From a bacterium (GTDB lineage: Bacteria; UBA8248), in assembly GCA_965261085.1 (NCBI GenBank), contig OZ253442.1:3520001-3584000 (forward strand): a stretch of 64,000 nt of DNA, in the 5' to 3' direction. Below the pieces are notes generated by a model. It saw only the letters and a program-made list of their open reading frames with translations, did no database searches and had not been told where the DNA came from. How positions within the stretch are numbered: the first letter of the stretch is position 1; every line of letters begins with the position of its first letter. The translations under genes were made by a program, and so were the position numbers. This document shows, piece by piece, positions 1 through 10,922 of this stretch.

Positions 1-1555
1 GGGGGTTCTCGTAGGGGGCAAAACCCACGAACGACATGATGAAATCCGACCGACTGTATCCCCTCCGGCCCGGGAGAACCTTCTGCGCAGTACCCGTTTT
101 CCCCGCGGCGCCATAGCCTGGAATTTCGGCATTTCGCCCCGTGCCCTCGGCCACGACCTTCCTCATTAAAGCGCCGAGGCGCTTCGCCACGCGGCGAGAG
201 AGGACGCGCCTGAACTGCGGTCCCTGGGCCGGAATCGTCCTTTTTCCGTCGCGTTCGATGGACTCGTGCAAAACGGGCTTGGGCATCTGGCCACCGTTCG
301 CCACCGCGGCTACGGCCATCACCATTTGAAGCGGGGTGACACCCACTTCCTGGCCGATGGCTACCGCCGCCAATGAGGTTTTCGACCATTTCTCCGGTGA
401 GCGGAGCACGCCCCGGGCTTCTCCGGGGAAATTGATTCCCGTCTTGCGGCCAAAGCCGAACCGGTGCGCCATGAAGTAGAGTTGGTGCTCGCCGACATCC
501 CTCGCCATCTTAAAAGTGCCGATGTTCGATGATTTCACTATCGCCTGCTCGGCGGTGAGCCAGCCGTATTTTTTGTGATCGCGGAGGGTGTAGCGCCCCC
601 CTCCAAACTTGTAGGAGCCATTTTCCGCGAAATACTTTTTAGAGAGCGATTCGCCCGCGTCCAGATAGGCCGCCGCCGTGACGATCTTGAACGTCGAGCC
701 GGGTTCGTAGAATTCCTGTATGGTGGGTTCTTTCCAAAGGGATGCGCCATAAAGTTTATACGTGTTGGGGTTAAACCCCGGCACCGACGCCAAGGCCAGA
801 ATTCTTCCGCTGTGGGGCTCGACCATCACGCCGATGGCGCGCCGCGCGCCCACCCGGCGGACCTGGGCGCTCAACTCTTTTTCGACGATATACTGAAGCA
901 CCTCATCGATGGTAAGGCGAACGTCCGCGCCCGGACGCGCGGCCACGAGAACCCGCGCTTCGGGATGAACCGACCTGCCCTTCGCGTCGCGCTGGATGCG
1001 GATGCGGCCCACGCGCCCGCCCATGTGCTCCTGGTAGGATTGCTCCACGCCGTACATGCCCGCATCATCCACGCCAACGAAGCCGACCAGAGAGGATGCG
1101 AGTTCACGCTTGGGGTAAAAACGCCTGCTCTCGGTAACGAAGCCGAGGCCGTCGATCCCCAATTTTTCGATTCTTCTTTGTTGATCCGGATTGATTTTCC
1201 GCTTGAGCCACACATATCTGCGGCGGCCTTTCAATTTTTTGAAATAATCTTCTGTCGAGCCGCCCAGGATTTCCTTGAGCGCCAGCGAAGTGTTCCAGGG
1301 GTCGGCCACCTCCCTGGCGTTGGCGAAAAGAGAGGGCGCGTTGATGCTCACCGCCAGAGGCCGGCCCCTCACGTCCACGACGTCCCCTCGCCTGGGACGC
1401 ACCACGAGCGTGCGGCGCAACTGGCGCTCTGCGTAGGCCACGAGGCGGTCGCGGTCACGGATCTGGATGATGGAGAGCTTGACGCCCAACATGCAGAATC
1501 CAAAAACCACCAAGGCGCCGCAAACCATCAAGCGACGAGAGAAGCCCTGCTTCAT
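1..1555 (-). CDS. ftsI: Peptidoglycan D,D-transpeptidase FtsI/PBP3 (3' end runs off the window)
   Basis: Manual translation from ATG at 1555 (ATGA overlap with the ftsL stop) gives MKQGFSRRLMVCGALVVFGF..RPRRGDVVDVRGRPLAVS (N-terminal TM and RG-x-x-x-D motif), EPGSTFK (SxxK), SSN (SxN) and KTG motifs; position in the dcw cluster. Confidence 0.95.
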   Translation of the reverse strand, partial: MKQGFSRRLMVCGALVVFGFCMLGVKLSIIQIRDRDRLVAYAERQLRRTLVVRPRRGDVVDVRGRPLAVSINAPSLFANAREVADPWNTSLALKEILGGSTEDYFKKLKGRRRYVWLKRKINPDQQRRIEKLGIDGLGFVTESRRFYPKRELASSLVGFVGVDDAGMYGVEQSYQEHMGGRVGRIRIQRDAKGRSVHPEARVLVAARPGADVRLTIDEVLQYIVEKELSAQVRRVGARRAIGVMVEPHSGRILALASVPGFNPNTYKLYGASLWKEPTIQEFYEPGSTFKIVTAAAYLDAGESLSKKYFAENGSYKFGGGRYTLRDHKKYGWLTAEQAIVKSSNIGTFKMARDVGEHQLYFMAHRFGFGRKTGINFPGEARGVLRSPEKWSKTSLAAVAIGQEVGVTPLQMVMAVAAVANGGQMPKPVLHESIERDGKRTIPAQGPQFRRVLSRRVAKRLGALMRKVVAEGTGRNAEIPGYGAAGKTGTAQKVLPGRRGYSRSDFIMSFVGFAPYENP

Positions 1556-1953
1556 GGGTCAACCTGATATGGGCGGTAGGAGGAAGGTACGTATTTTACA
1601 CTTCCGGGCCCTACTTTTACATACACTATTTGTCCGGGTTCCGGAAAAACCATTTCCATTTTTTTTCGCGCAATCGACTCGATGCGATCCAGCTGACGAA
1701 GCGCGGCCACTTCTATTCGCAAGACGCGCCTGTCCTGCAAGAGCTTTTCCCTTTGGCGCTCCAGATTCGCCAGACGATACCCGATCTTCACTATTTCCAG
1801 ATGCGGCCAGACCAAGGCGGCGGCGCTGCACGCGATGAAAGTAATGCACAAACCGGCCTTGAGCAGCGAAACACCCGGGCCGGCGGATGCCTTGCCGTAA
1901 AAACGCGCGCCGAATCTCTCTCTCCATCCGCTCCGGGTTTTCGAGCGCCTCAT
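1552..1953 (-). CDS. ftsL: Cell division protein FtsL
   Basis: Short basic N-terminus, single TM segment, coiled coil ending LRQLDRIESIARKKMEM..P; lies between rsmH and ftsI. Confidence 0.85.
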   Translation of the reverse strand: MRRSKTRSGWRERFGARFYGKASAGPGVSLLKAGLCITFIACSAAALVWPHLEIVKIGYRLANLERQREKLLQDRRVLRIEVAALRQLDRIESIARKKMEMVFPEPGQIVYVKVGPGSVKYVPSSYRPYQVDP

Positions 1954-2948
1954 CTCCCAGAATCCCCGAGGCGTTCGGCGGCGCGCAGTTTCGCGCTGCG
2001 GCTGCGCGGGTTTTCTCTCACTTCCGACTCACCGGGCCGAACGACCTTGCGCGTCAGGAGCTCCAGGGTCGGCTCCTCGCCGCCGGAGAGTTCGCGAAAG
2101 AGATTCTTGACGATTCTGTCCTCGAGCGAATGAAAGCTGATGACGACGATGCGCCCGCCCGGGCGCAGGAGGTCCACCGCATCGCGCAAGGAATCCTCGA
2201 GCGTCTCCATCTCGCGGTTCACGGCGATCCGCAGAGCCTGGAACGTCCGGGTCGCGGGGTGAATGCGCCAACTCCTCCCGCGGCGGCCGCTCCTTTTGGC
2301 GGCGACCGAAGCGATGAGCGATGCGAGTTCATCGCAACGCCTGACACCTCCATCCGCGCGCGCCCGTCCGATGGCGCGCGCGATGGCGCGGGAGTGGCGC
2401 TCTTCCCCATATCGATAGATGAGATCGGCGAGTTCTTCTTCCGGCAATTGCTGGATCAAATCGGCCGCGGACGTCCCCTGCGTTTGGTCCATTCGCATGT
2501 CCAAAGGCTCGGGCGCGTTCATGCGGAATCCACGGCCGGGCGTGTCGAGCTGCATCGAGGAAAGGCCGAGATCGAACAAAACGCCATCGACCGACTCATA
2601 CCCCTCGGCCCTTACGATGCGCTTCATCTCGCCATGATGCGCATGATGAATCCTGGCGGCGGACCCGTATTTCGCCAGCCGCTTTCTGCAGATATCGACG
2701 GCATCTCTGTCCCGGTCACAGCCGATCAGCACACCCGATGGCTGAACCGCATCCAAAACCGCGTCACTATGTTCCCCTCCGCCCAAGGTAGTATCCAAGA
2801 ACACAGTTCCCGGAGATGGCTCCAGGAAGCACAAGACCTCCTGAACCATGACCGGGACGTGAGATGCCGTCATGTTTACGTTTTCACCGCAAAAGTCGTT
2901 CTCTGCGGCATATTCGCTTGAAATTGATTTTTCCAGTGCGGCAAACAC
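1950..2948 (-). CDS. rsmH: 16S rRNA m4C1402 methyltransferase RsmH (MraW)
   Basis: HVPVM, DTTLGGGEHS, DLGLSSMQLD, HPATRTFQALRIAVN, SFHSLEDRIVK, NPRSRSAKLR motifs; alternative start at 2873. Confidence 0.97.
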   Translation of the reverse strand: MFAALEKSISSEYAAENDFCGENVNMTASHVPVMVQEVLCFLEPSPGTVFLDTTLGGGEHSDAVLDAVQPSGVLIGCDRDRDAVDICRKRLAKYGSAARIHHAHHGEMKRIVRAEGYESVDGVLFDLGLSSMQLDTPGRGFRMNAPEPLDMRMDQTQGTSAADLIQQLPEEELADLIYRYGEERHSRAIARAIGRARADGGVRRCDELASLIASVAAKRSGRRGRSWRIHPATRTFQALRIAVNREMETLEDSLRDAVDLLRPGGRIVVISFHSLEDRIVKNLFRELSGGEEPTLELLTRKVVRPGESEVRENPRSRSAKLRAAERLGDSGR

Positions 2949-2972
2949 ACCCGCTCCCCCTTTGAGCCCGCA

Positions 2973-3422
2973 TCAGAATTCGAAATCGATCAAATCCTCA
3001 TCTGGAAGTTCTTCGGCTGCCCCATCGTGCACCTCGCCCATTTCCTTGCCCCATCTTCCCTTGTCCCAAATTTCGAGTTTGTTCTCGATGCCCACGATAA
3101 CGGCCTCTTTCTCGATGGAAGAACTCGCACGCAGTTTGGCGGGCAGCAGGATCCTGCCCTGCCGATCGAACTCGCATGATTCTGCGCGGCCATAGAGCCT
3201 TCGGAGTGTGCGGCGAACCTCTTTGGTGGAGGTGGAGAGATCGCTGAGTTTTTCGCTGAACCTGCGCTTCCACTCCTCCAGGGGATACGCAAATATGCAG
3301 CCGTCCTTGCCGAGAAGAACGACTTGGTCGCCGTACGTGGCGCTCAGATATTCTCTGAAACGCGCCGGAATGCTGACACGACCCTTCGCATCCACTGAGA
3401 CCGCATGGGAACTGATGAGCAT
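2973..3422 (-). CDS. mraZ: Division/cell wall cluster transcriptional repressor MraZ
   Basis: Two SpoVT/AbrB-type DxxGR motifs (DAKGRVSIP, DRQGRILLP) and LEIW; ATG 3422 with GGAGG RBS. Confidence 0.96.
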   Translation of the reverse strand: MLISSHAVSVDAKGRVSIPARFREYLSATYGDQVVLLGKDGCIFAYPLEEWKRRFSEKLSDLSTSTKEVRRTLRRLYGRAESCEFDRQGRILLPAKLRASSSIEKEAVIVGIENKLEIWDKGRWGKEMGEVHDGAAEELPDEDLIDFEF

Positions 3423-3435
3423 CCTGACTGCACCT

Positions 3436-3460
3436 CCCACTTTACCCCATATTCTCCCAC
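3436..3460 (-). promoter_or_regulatory. MraZ operator: three (G/A)TGGG boxes at 10-bp period
   Basis: Minus strand GTGGG-agaat-ATGGG-gtaaa-GTGGG between the promoter and the mraZ RBS, matching the known MraZ TGGG-repeat site. Confidence 0.85.
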
Positions 3461-3471
3461 TTAGGTTTATC

Positions 3472-3500
3472 TTTATACCCCGGCATATGATCTCTGTCAA
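3472..3500 (-). promoter_or_regulatory. sigma70 promoter of the dcw operon
   Basis: TTGACA-17 nt-TATAAA on the minus strand. Confidence 0.8.
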
Positions 3501-4116
3501 CACGAAAATTTAAAAAAGTAAGAAAAAACAATGATTTCCATAAGAAAAAATGAAGGGATGCATCAAATTCTTCACACCAATTTCAGTGTTAAAATATAAT
3601 GTATTTCTTTAATAAAATAGATATAATATATTGAAATTTAAATTAGATTAAAATTTAGTGGGGAGTAGTGGGGATAATTTTAAATCGGAAAAGAAAAGAA
3701 GGGAGAAGCGAGCGTCATGGGCTCGACGAATTCGATCGTGGCGCCGGGCGCATCTCTCACCTCTTTGACCGATTTATCGAGGAAGCCCTCCAAACCCTAT
3801 CTGATGCATAGGGCGACGACGACAAGGAAGAGGCCCCGGAACCATCACAACGAAAGCAGAGCAAAAAAGACCAGCCCAGCGCGAAATATCTTTTTCGAGG
3901 GCTTGATGGTCGAGCGAACCCCCGACTGTCGGCCTCCACTTCCCGCATGGATGATGATGACGTGATGAGGCGCCCTATCTCCGCGCGGGTGAAAATAGGC
4001 GACAACTGCAGAACTCTACGATTGGTGAGCAAGACGAAACAGGGGCGGGAAATTCCCCTCCAGAGAATCCGCCTTCCGTATAAAACCCCGAGGCCAAGAA
4101 GCCCAGAAGGAGAAAA

Positions 4117-4989
4117 TCAAAAACAATGCTCTTCCGCGGGAAACGCGCCCTCTCGCACCTCGCGGCAATAGCGCTCTATCGCCTCCGTGGTCATTTGCCC
4201 GACATCGGCATACACCCTGACGAATTTCGGCGTGAAATCGCTGAACAGGCGAAGCATGTCGTGGGTGACGAGCACCTGGCCGTCGCAATCGGGACCTGCG
4301 CCGATGCCAATGGTGGGAATGTCGACTTCTTGCGTCACGCGAGCGCCCAGGGATGCCGGTATGCCCTCGAGCACGAGGGAGAACGCGCCGCCTTCCTGCA
4401 CGGCCACCGCGTCGCGCAGCACCTGGTCCGCACCTGCATCGGTTTTCCCCTGGACCTTGAAGCCACCGAACGCATGGACGCTTTGGGGCGTGAGGCCCAC
4501 GTGTCCCATCACGGGAATCTGGCTGTCCACCACCGCGCGTATCTCGTCTTTGACGCGAACGCCGCCTTCGAGCTTCACCGCCTCCGCGCAGCCCTCCTGG
4601 ATGAGACGGCCCGCGTTCAGGATGGTGTCGCGCACGCTGACGCCGAAGCTCAAAAACGGCAGGTCGGCCACGAGCAACGCCTTGGGTTTCGCGCGGCTCA
4701 CCGCTCTAGTGTGGTGCACCATGTCGCCCAGAGTCACCTTCGTCGTGTCGGGATACCCCAGAACAACCATTCCCAAGCTGTCACCAACCAGGATGACGTC
4801 CACATCGGCGTCATCTACGAGTTTCGCCGTGGGGTAGTCATACGCGGTGACGGAGGTGATCTTCTTCCCGCCCTTGCGCGCCCGAATGGTGGCGGTAGTG
4901 ACTTTCTTGCGCGTTTTCTTGTGCGCGCCGTTTCCGTTGATGGAGTTTTTACCGTTTGAATACAGCTTGGCGGGGCTTTTTGTGCTCAT
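4117..4989 (-). CDS. panB: 3-methyl-2-oxobutanoate hydroxymethyltransferase
   Basis: TAYDY, LVGDSLGMV, ADLPF, AVKLEGG, GHVGLTPQ, IGIGAG..DGQVLV motifs; ATG 4989 with GGAG RBS. Confidence 0.97.
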   Translation of the reverse strand: MSTKSPAKLYSNGKNSINGNGAHKKTRKKVTTATIRARKGGKKITSVTAYDYPTAKLVDDADVDVILVGDSLGMVVLGYPDTTKVTLGDMVHHTRAVSRAKPKALLVADLPFLSFGVSVRDTILNAGRLIQEGCAEAVKLEGGVRVKDEIRAVVDSQIPVMGHVGLTPQSVHAFGGFKVQGKTDAGADQVLRDAVAVQEGGAFSLVLEGIPASLGARVTQEVDIPTIGIGAGPDCDGQVLVTHDMLRLFSDFTPKFVRVYADVGQMTTEAIERYCREVREGAFPAEEHCF

Positions 4990-5092
4990 GGTCGCTCCCT
5001 CTTGAGGTGAACGCCTGCGAAATGGCCGATTTTGATGCTTTGTCTTGCCCGTCAATGTGTCCAGGGCCAGCGGCTCCCGGCACGACTTGCAA

Positions 5093-5121
5093 AGATTAAG
5101 AATCCTGCCCCTCGATGTCAA
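5093..5121 (-). promoter_or_regulatory. Putative sigma70 promoter for panB inside the 3' end of panE
   Basis: TTGACA-17 nt-TAATCT on the minus strand. Confidence 0.55.
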
Positions 5122-6088
5122 GGCGTGTATCGCCATGAGCACCGGATGTGAAATCTTTTTCAAGAGACAATACCCTATAATACAACGATTTATGTGTGGA
5201 AAACAAGATGCCGCGCGCATCCGCGCGCTTGATGAAGCGTCCCGTGACTTCGCGAATCTCGCTTCGGCGGCCCCGCATCAAATCCTGCCACATGGAATTT
5301 CTGTTTCCGGCCGTGGCGCGGGCGGTTTCCCGGACAATCTCCAGAGCATCGAGCGTCATTCCCTCCGCATCGATGAGCGCTTGCAACTCTTTCGACAGGG
5401 CGTCCACGAGCACCGCGGCGGATGGCGTGTCCAGCAATTCGCCGTTTCTGAGTTCAAGCGCGGCTCCGAGAGGGTTGATGACGGCGTTGGCCACCGCCTT
5501 TCTCCATTCCGCCTCTTTGCCGTCACGTTTTTGACGAACCCGAACGCCCAGAGGTTCCAAAAATTCCGCCAATCGCCTCACGAGAGCAGCGTCTTCCAAG
5601 GCCTCAGGCTCCGGAGCCAAGGTGACATCCAGCGCACCGAACTGGTTCACGTGTCCTGGTTTCGTGATCTCGGCCCCTGTGTTGACGAGACCCCTCACAA
5701 TCCCGCGTCCCCGATAAGAAGGCGGAAGATCCTTACAGACGTCCAACCCGTTCGAGAAAATGGCCGCGATTGTTCCCTCTCCCGCCATTTTTGAAAATTC
5801 CGCCGCCGCCGCTTCGATTCGTCCCGCTTTCACGGTGAAAAAAAGATGCGACGCCTTGAGGTCCATGGCTCCCCTGCACACGGAGGGGCGAGCCGTATAG
5901 GCCGCCTCGCCGTGAACCCTGACGCCGCTATCTTTTATTTCAGCCAGGTGTGCGGACGTCTCGGGGCTCGGGTCTTCGGAGCCCGCCAGATAAATTTTTT
6001 GCCCGGGGAGATTTTTTTGTAATTGCGCCGCAAGCATGGTTCCCACGGCGCCGGGGCCGATGACGACGACGGGACGGGTGTTATCCAA
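5096..6088 (-). CDS. panE: Ketopantoate reductase (PanE/ApbA family)
   Basis: GPGAVG Rossmann motif, FTVKA, NGL, WRKAVANAVINPLGA, SMWQDL..GRRSEI; adjacent to panB. Confidence 0.88.
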   Translation of the reverse strand: MDNTRPVVVIGPGAVGTMLAAQLQKNLPGQKIYLAGSEDPSPETSAHLAEIKDSGVRVHGEAAYTARPSVCRGAMDLKASHLFFTVKAGRIEAAAAEFSKMAGEGTIAAIFSNGLDVCKDLPPSYRGRGIVRGLVNTGAEITKPGHVNQFGALDVTLAPEPEALEDAALVRRLAEFLEPLGVRVRQKRDGKEAEWRKAVANAVINPLGAALELRNGELLDTPSAAVLVDALSKELQALIDAEGMTLDALEIVRETARATAGNRNSMWQDLMRGRRSEIREVTGRFIKRADARGILFSTHKSLYYRVLSLEKDFTSGAHGDTRLDIEGQDS

Positions 6089-6099
6089 GTGGACTCAGC

Positions 6100-6969
6100 C
6101 TAACCGCCGAAGGAGCGCCAGAGAAGCAGAACGCCCACGAAGATGAAGACGAAGGAGAGAAACACCTTCATCTTCTCGCCGTCGACGCGGTTGTTGATGA
6201 AGGGAGATATCTGGCCGCCGCAGGCGACCGCGGGAATCGTCATGAACAAGATGTTCCAGTGCACGTTCACCTCGCCGGATGAGAACACGTAGGCATGCAC
6301 CAGGGTGGCGGGCAGCACCGTCGCGAAAACGATCAGAATCCCCGTGCCCACCGCCACGCGAACGGGCAGTTTGTCTTTCACGATCAAGGCGGTGGTCGTG
6401 AGTTCACCGATGCCGATGCCCGTAAAACCCACGAGAATTCCCCCTAAGGCCGACCAGCTGTAGCCGAAGGCTCCATGCTCGTAGCGATACCAGTACCTCC
6501 GCCCCGCCGCATCCATGCGGGTGGGTTTTCCGGCGCCTTGCGCCTGTTCCGCTTCCTGGATTCCTCCCTGGAAGTAAGCGAAGAGCATGGCGACGGAGAG
6601 AATCACCATCATCCCGCCCAGCAGGCCCAGAATGAGCCTGGCGGATACCGAATGGGCCAGAAAACCGAACGCCATCCCCACGGGTATCGACACGACGAGC
6701 ACCTTTTTGGCGATGTCGTAATCCACCAGCCTCCTTCTCATGTAGCCGGTGAGCGCGCTGCCGAAACCGAAAATCTCGATGGAAAGCGCCAGAAAAACGG
6801 CCTCCAGGGGGACGATGGTCACACCCGCCGCCCAGGGGAAGAGGAGGATGAATATCGGTGCGAAGAAAACCGCGCCCTCCACGCTCGTGCTCGTCGCCGT
6901 GAGGCACACGCAAAAGGCGACGGGCAGCATCCACCAGAACTCGAAAATGTACTCGATCACGATATCCAC
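6100..6969 (-). CDS. Sulfite exporter TauE/SafE family membrane protein
   Basis: Multiple TM helices, GILVGFTGIGIG and AVGT repeats typical of the TSUP family; start uncertain (ORF open to 7068). Confidence 0.75.
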   Translation of the reverse strand: MDIVIEYIFEFWWMLPVAFCVCLTATSTSVEGAVFFAPIFILLFPWAAGVTIVPLEAVFLALSIEIFGFGSALTGYMRRRLVDYDIAKKVLVVSIPVGMAFGFLAHSVSARLILGLLGGMMVILSVAMLFAYFQGGIQEAEQAQGAGKPTRMDAAGRRYWYRYEHGAFGYSWSALGGILVGFTGIGIGELTTTALIVKDKLPVRVAVGTGILIVFATVLPATLVHAYVFSSGEVNVHWNILFMTIPAVACGGQISPFINNRVDGEKMKVFLSFVFIFVGVLLLWRSFGG

Positions 6970-7064
6970 TCTTTCTCTATGCCGGATGGATGCGTCCCGC
7001 TTTGGGGATGAAAACCAAAACCGACTTGTTTTGCTTTGGAACGGGGAGGCGGTATGGAGCGTCC

Positions 7065-7946
7065 TCAAGGGCCGACGCTTCCCCGGCGAATGGCCTCACC
7101 CATGCGCACCGCTTCGACAGCCGTCTCCACGTCGTGGGTTCGAATCATATCCGCCCCGCCGATCACGGCGAAGGCTTCGGCGACTTTCGAGCCGATCAAT
7201 CTCTCCCCCGCCGCCTCGACGCCCGTGATCGCCCCGATGAAACCCTTCTTCGAAACGCCGACGACCAGGGGATAGCCCAAATCCCTCAGCACGCCCATTC
7301 GCCTCAATATCTCGAGGTTATGATTCCACGATTTTCCAAATCCGATGCCCGGGTCGATGAGGACGGACGCGACCCCGTCCCGCTCGGCCTGGCGCGCACT
7401 TTCGCGGAGGTAGCCCGACAACTCGCCCATGAGGTCCTCGTATTCGGGATCTTCCTGCATCGTGCGCGGCTCGCCCTTCATGTGCATGGCGATGGCCGCG
7501 GCACCAGAATCTGCAATCACCGCGCGCATCCCGGGATCACGCAGGCCTGTGACGTCGTTTATCATGTGAACGCCCGCATCGAGCGCCGCCCGCGCCACGC
7601 CTGCCTTGGACGTATCGACCGAGACGAGGGGACCATTGTCCTTGTTCATTCGCTCTAAAATCGGGATGATCCGCCGGATTTCATCCGCCTCATCCACCCC
7701 CTGCGATCCGGGCCGGGTGCTCTCGCCTCCGACGTCGATGACGTCGGCTCCTTCTTCCGTCATCCGCGCGATCTGATCGAGCGCCATCCCGAGGTCCAGG
7801 AATTCCCCGCCATCGGAAAAACTGTCCGGCGTGGCGTTCAAGACGCCCATAATCCGTACACGATCGAAATCAAGTTCACGCCCGCGACACTTCACGGCGG
7901 GCGCAGGAACCCACTTCGCAGGTGCGAAGCGCAGGCCCTCCCTCAC
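7065..7946 (-). CDS. folP: Dihydropteroate synthase
   Basis: IMGVLNATPDSFSDGG, DVGGESTRPG, DPGIGFGK, GVSKK, RTHDV motifs. Confidence 0.97.
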   Translation of the reverse strand: MREGLRFAPAKWVPAPAVKCRGRELDFDRVRIMGVLNATPDSFSDGGEFLDLGMALDQIARMTEEGADVIDVGGESTRPGSQGVDEADEIRRIIPILERMNKDNGPLVSVDTSKAGVARAALDAGVHMINDVTGLRDPGMRAVIADSGAAAIAMHMKGEPRTMQEDPEYEDLMGELSGYLRESARQAERDGVASVLIDPGIGFGKSWNHNLEILRRMGVLRDLGYPLVVGVSKKGFIGAITGVEAAGERLIGSKVAEAFAVIGGADMIRTHDVETAVEAVRMGEAIRRGSVGP

Positions 7947-9376
7947 AGGCGCGCCTCTGGGGGAAACGCGCTGCCGCTCTCCACGATCCGCTCCTCGCTC
8001 ACCCAGCGGCGCCTGAGTTCTCCGGCGAGGAACATCGACCCCGTGATGATGATGAGATCGTTCTCCCCCGCCTCCTCGAGCGCCTCATCGAGCGCCCCCC
8101 ATGCGTCGATGCGCGTCTTTACGCCTCCGGCCCCCGCCTCTTCGAGCGCGTGCGCGAAAACGTCCGGCGCCAAGCCGGGCCTGGGCGCACTGGCCGGAGG
8201 AAGCGTGACGAAAAACCTATCGCCCACGGGTGCGAACACCTCCGCCATTCCGGCGAAATCCTTGTCGTTCACCGCCCCGAGAACGAAGATAAGGCGCTCG
8301 AACGCCCAGCCCGAGACGCCATCCACCAGCGCTTGCGCCTTATCGCGGTTGTGCGCGCCATCGAGCAGGATTCGCGGACCGGACTGCACCAGTTCCATCC
8401 GGCACGGCAGGCGCGCCGAGGCCACGCCCCACCGCACCTCACGATCATCCAGCCCCAAGAGTCGGCCTGCTCCGGCGGCGAGGCTCGCGTTTTGGGCCTG
8501 ATGGGCGCCGGGCATGGGGGTCGAGAAACCCTCCCACCGGACGCCGTCATCGAACCCCAGATCGAAAAAAGCGCCATCAGACGCCAAGTCCAGATTTTCT
8601 ACGCGGGGCGGAGAATACAAAACGGCTTTGCGCTCAAAGGCGACGCGCTCGATTTCGGCGCGCGCATCGGGCGAAACGATTTGCGAGATGACGCGGCCCT
8701 TCTCCGTGATGATGCCCGCTTTGTCGCGCGCAATCTGCGCGATGGAATCGCCGAGCAAATCGGTGTGATCCAAGCCAATCGAGGTGATCACGTCCAGGAC
8801 GGCGGGACCCACGGCGTTCGTGGCGTCGAACGCGCCGCCCAGCCCCGCTTCCAGAACGAGATATTCACACTCTTCCTCCCTGGCAATTAAAAGCAAAAGC
8901 GCGAGAGTGGACTCGAAAAACGAGGGCGGCCCGAACTCGGGTTCTCCCGCCATCTGCGCGGCGGCGTCGGCGAGTTCTTTCGCACTTCGCCCGATGAGGC
9001 CGGCCTCGGCGAAGCGGCCCCGAACCCAGAAACGTTCGAGGATCGAGGTGAGGTGGGGTGAGAAAAAAGCCGCCGTTCTCTTGCCCGACGCCAGGAGGGA
9101 GTGCGCTATCATCAGCGCGGTGGAGCCTTTGCCGCTCGTTCCCACGACGTGAACCACCGACTGGCCCGCTCCGGGAACTTTCAGGATTTCAAACAATCGT
9201 GCGGCTCGGGTGAGACCCGGCCCCTCCACCTTGATGCCGCGAGGATCAAAACGCGTGCGCCAGGATTTCTTGGGCAGCGCGGCCAGGGCGCTTAGAAAAA
9301 CCTCGACCCGCCGCAACGTCTCGGACGGCGCGAGCGAATCTTCCAGAACGGGAGGGGCTATGAATTCTTGGGACAT
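7943..9376 (-). CDS. folC: Folylpolyglutamate synthase/dihydrofolate synthase
   Basis: HVVGTSGKGST, FFSPHL, EAGLGGAFDATN, ITSIGLDHT, LDGAHN, TGSMFL; ATG 9376 just after the purH stop. Confidence 0.93.
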   Translation of the reverse strand: MSQEFIAPPVLEDSLAPSETLRRVEVFLSALAALPKKSWRTRFDPRGIKVEGPGLTRAARLFEILKVPGAGQSVVHVVGTSGKGSTALMIAHSLLASGKRTAAFFSPHLTSILERFWVRGRFAEAGLIGRSAKELADAAAQMAGEPEFGPPSFFESTLALLLLIAREEECEYLVLEAGLGGAFDATNAVGPAVLDVITSIGLDHTDLLGDSIAQIARDKAGIITEKGRVISQIVSPDARAEIERVAFERKAVLYSPPRVENLDLASDGAFFDLGFDDGVRWEGFSTPMPGAHQAQNASLAAGAGRLLGLDDREVRWGVASARLPCRMELVQSGPRILLDGAHNRDKAQALVDGVSGWAFERLIFVLGAVNDKDFAGMAEVFAPVGDRFFVTLPPASAPRPGLAPDVFAHALEEAGAGGVKTRIDAWGALDEALEEAGENDLIIITGSMFLAGELRRRWVSEERIVESGSAFPPEARL

Positions 9377-9377
9377 C

Positions 9378-10919
<1,542 letters not shown>

Positions 10920-10922
10920 GGC

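Noticed and set aside
575-1567. 330-aa plus-strand ORF
   Set aside because: Antisense to ftsI, which is missing from the ORF track only because its stop lies outside the window
3717-4116. Small ORFs between the mraZ promoter and panB (82, 91 and 74 aa)
   Set aside because: No motifs or protein-like composition; not called as CDS
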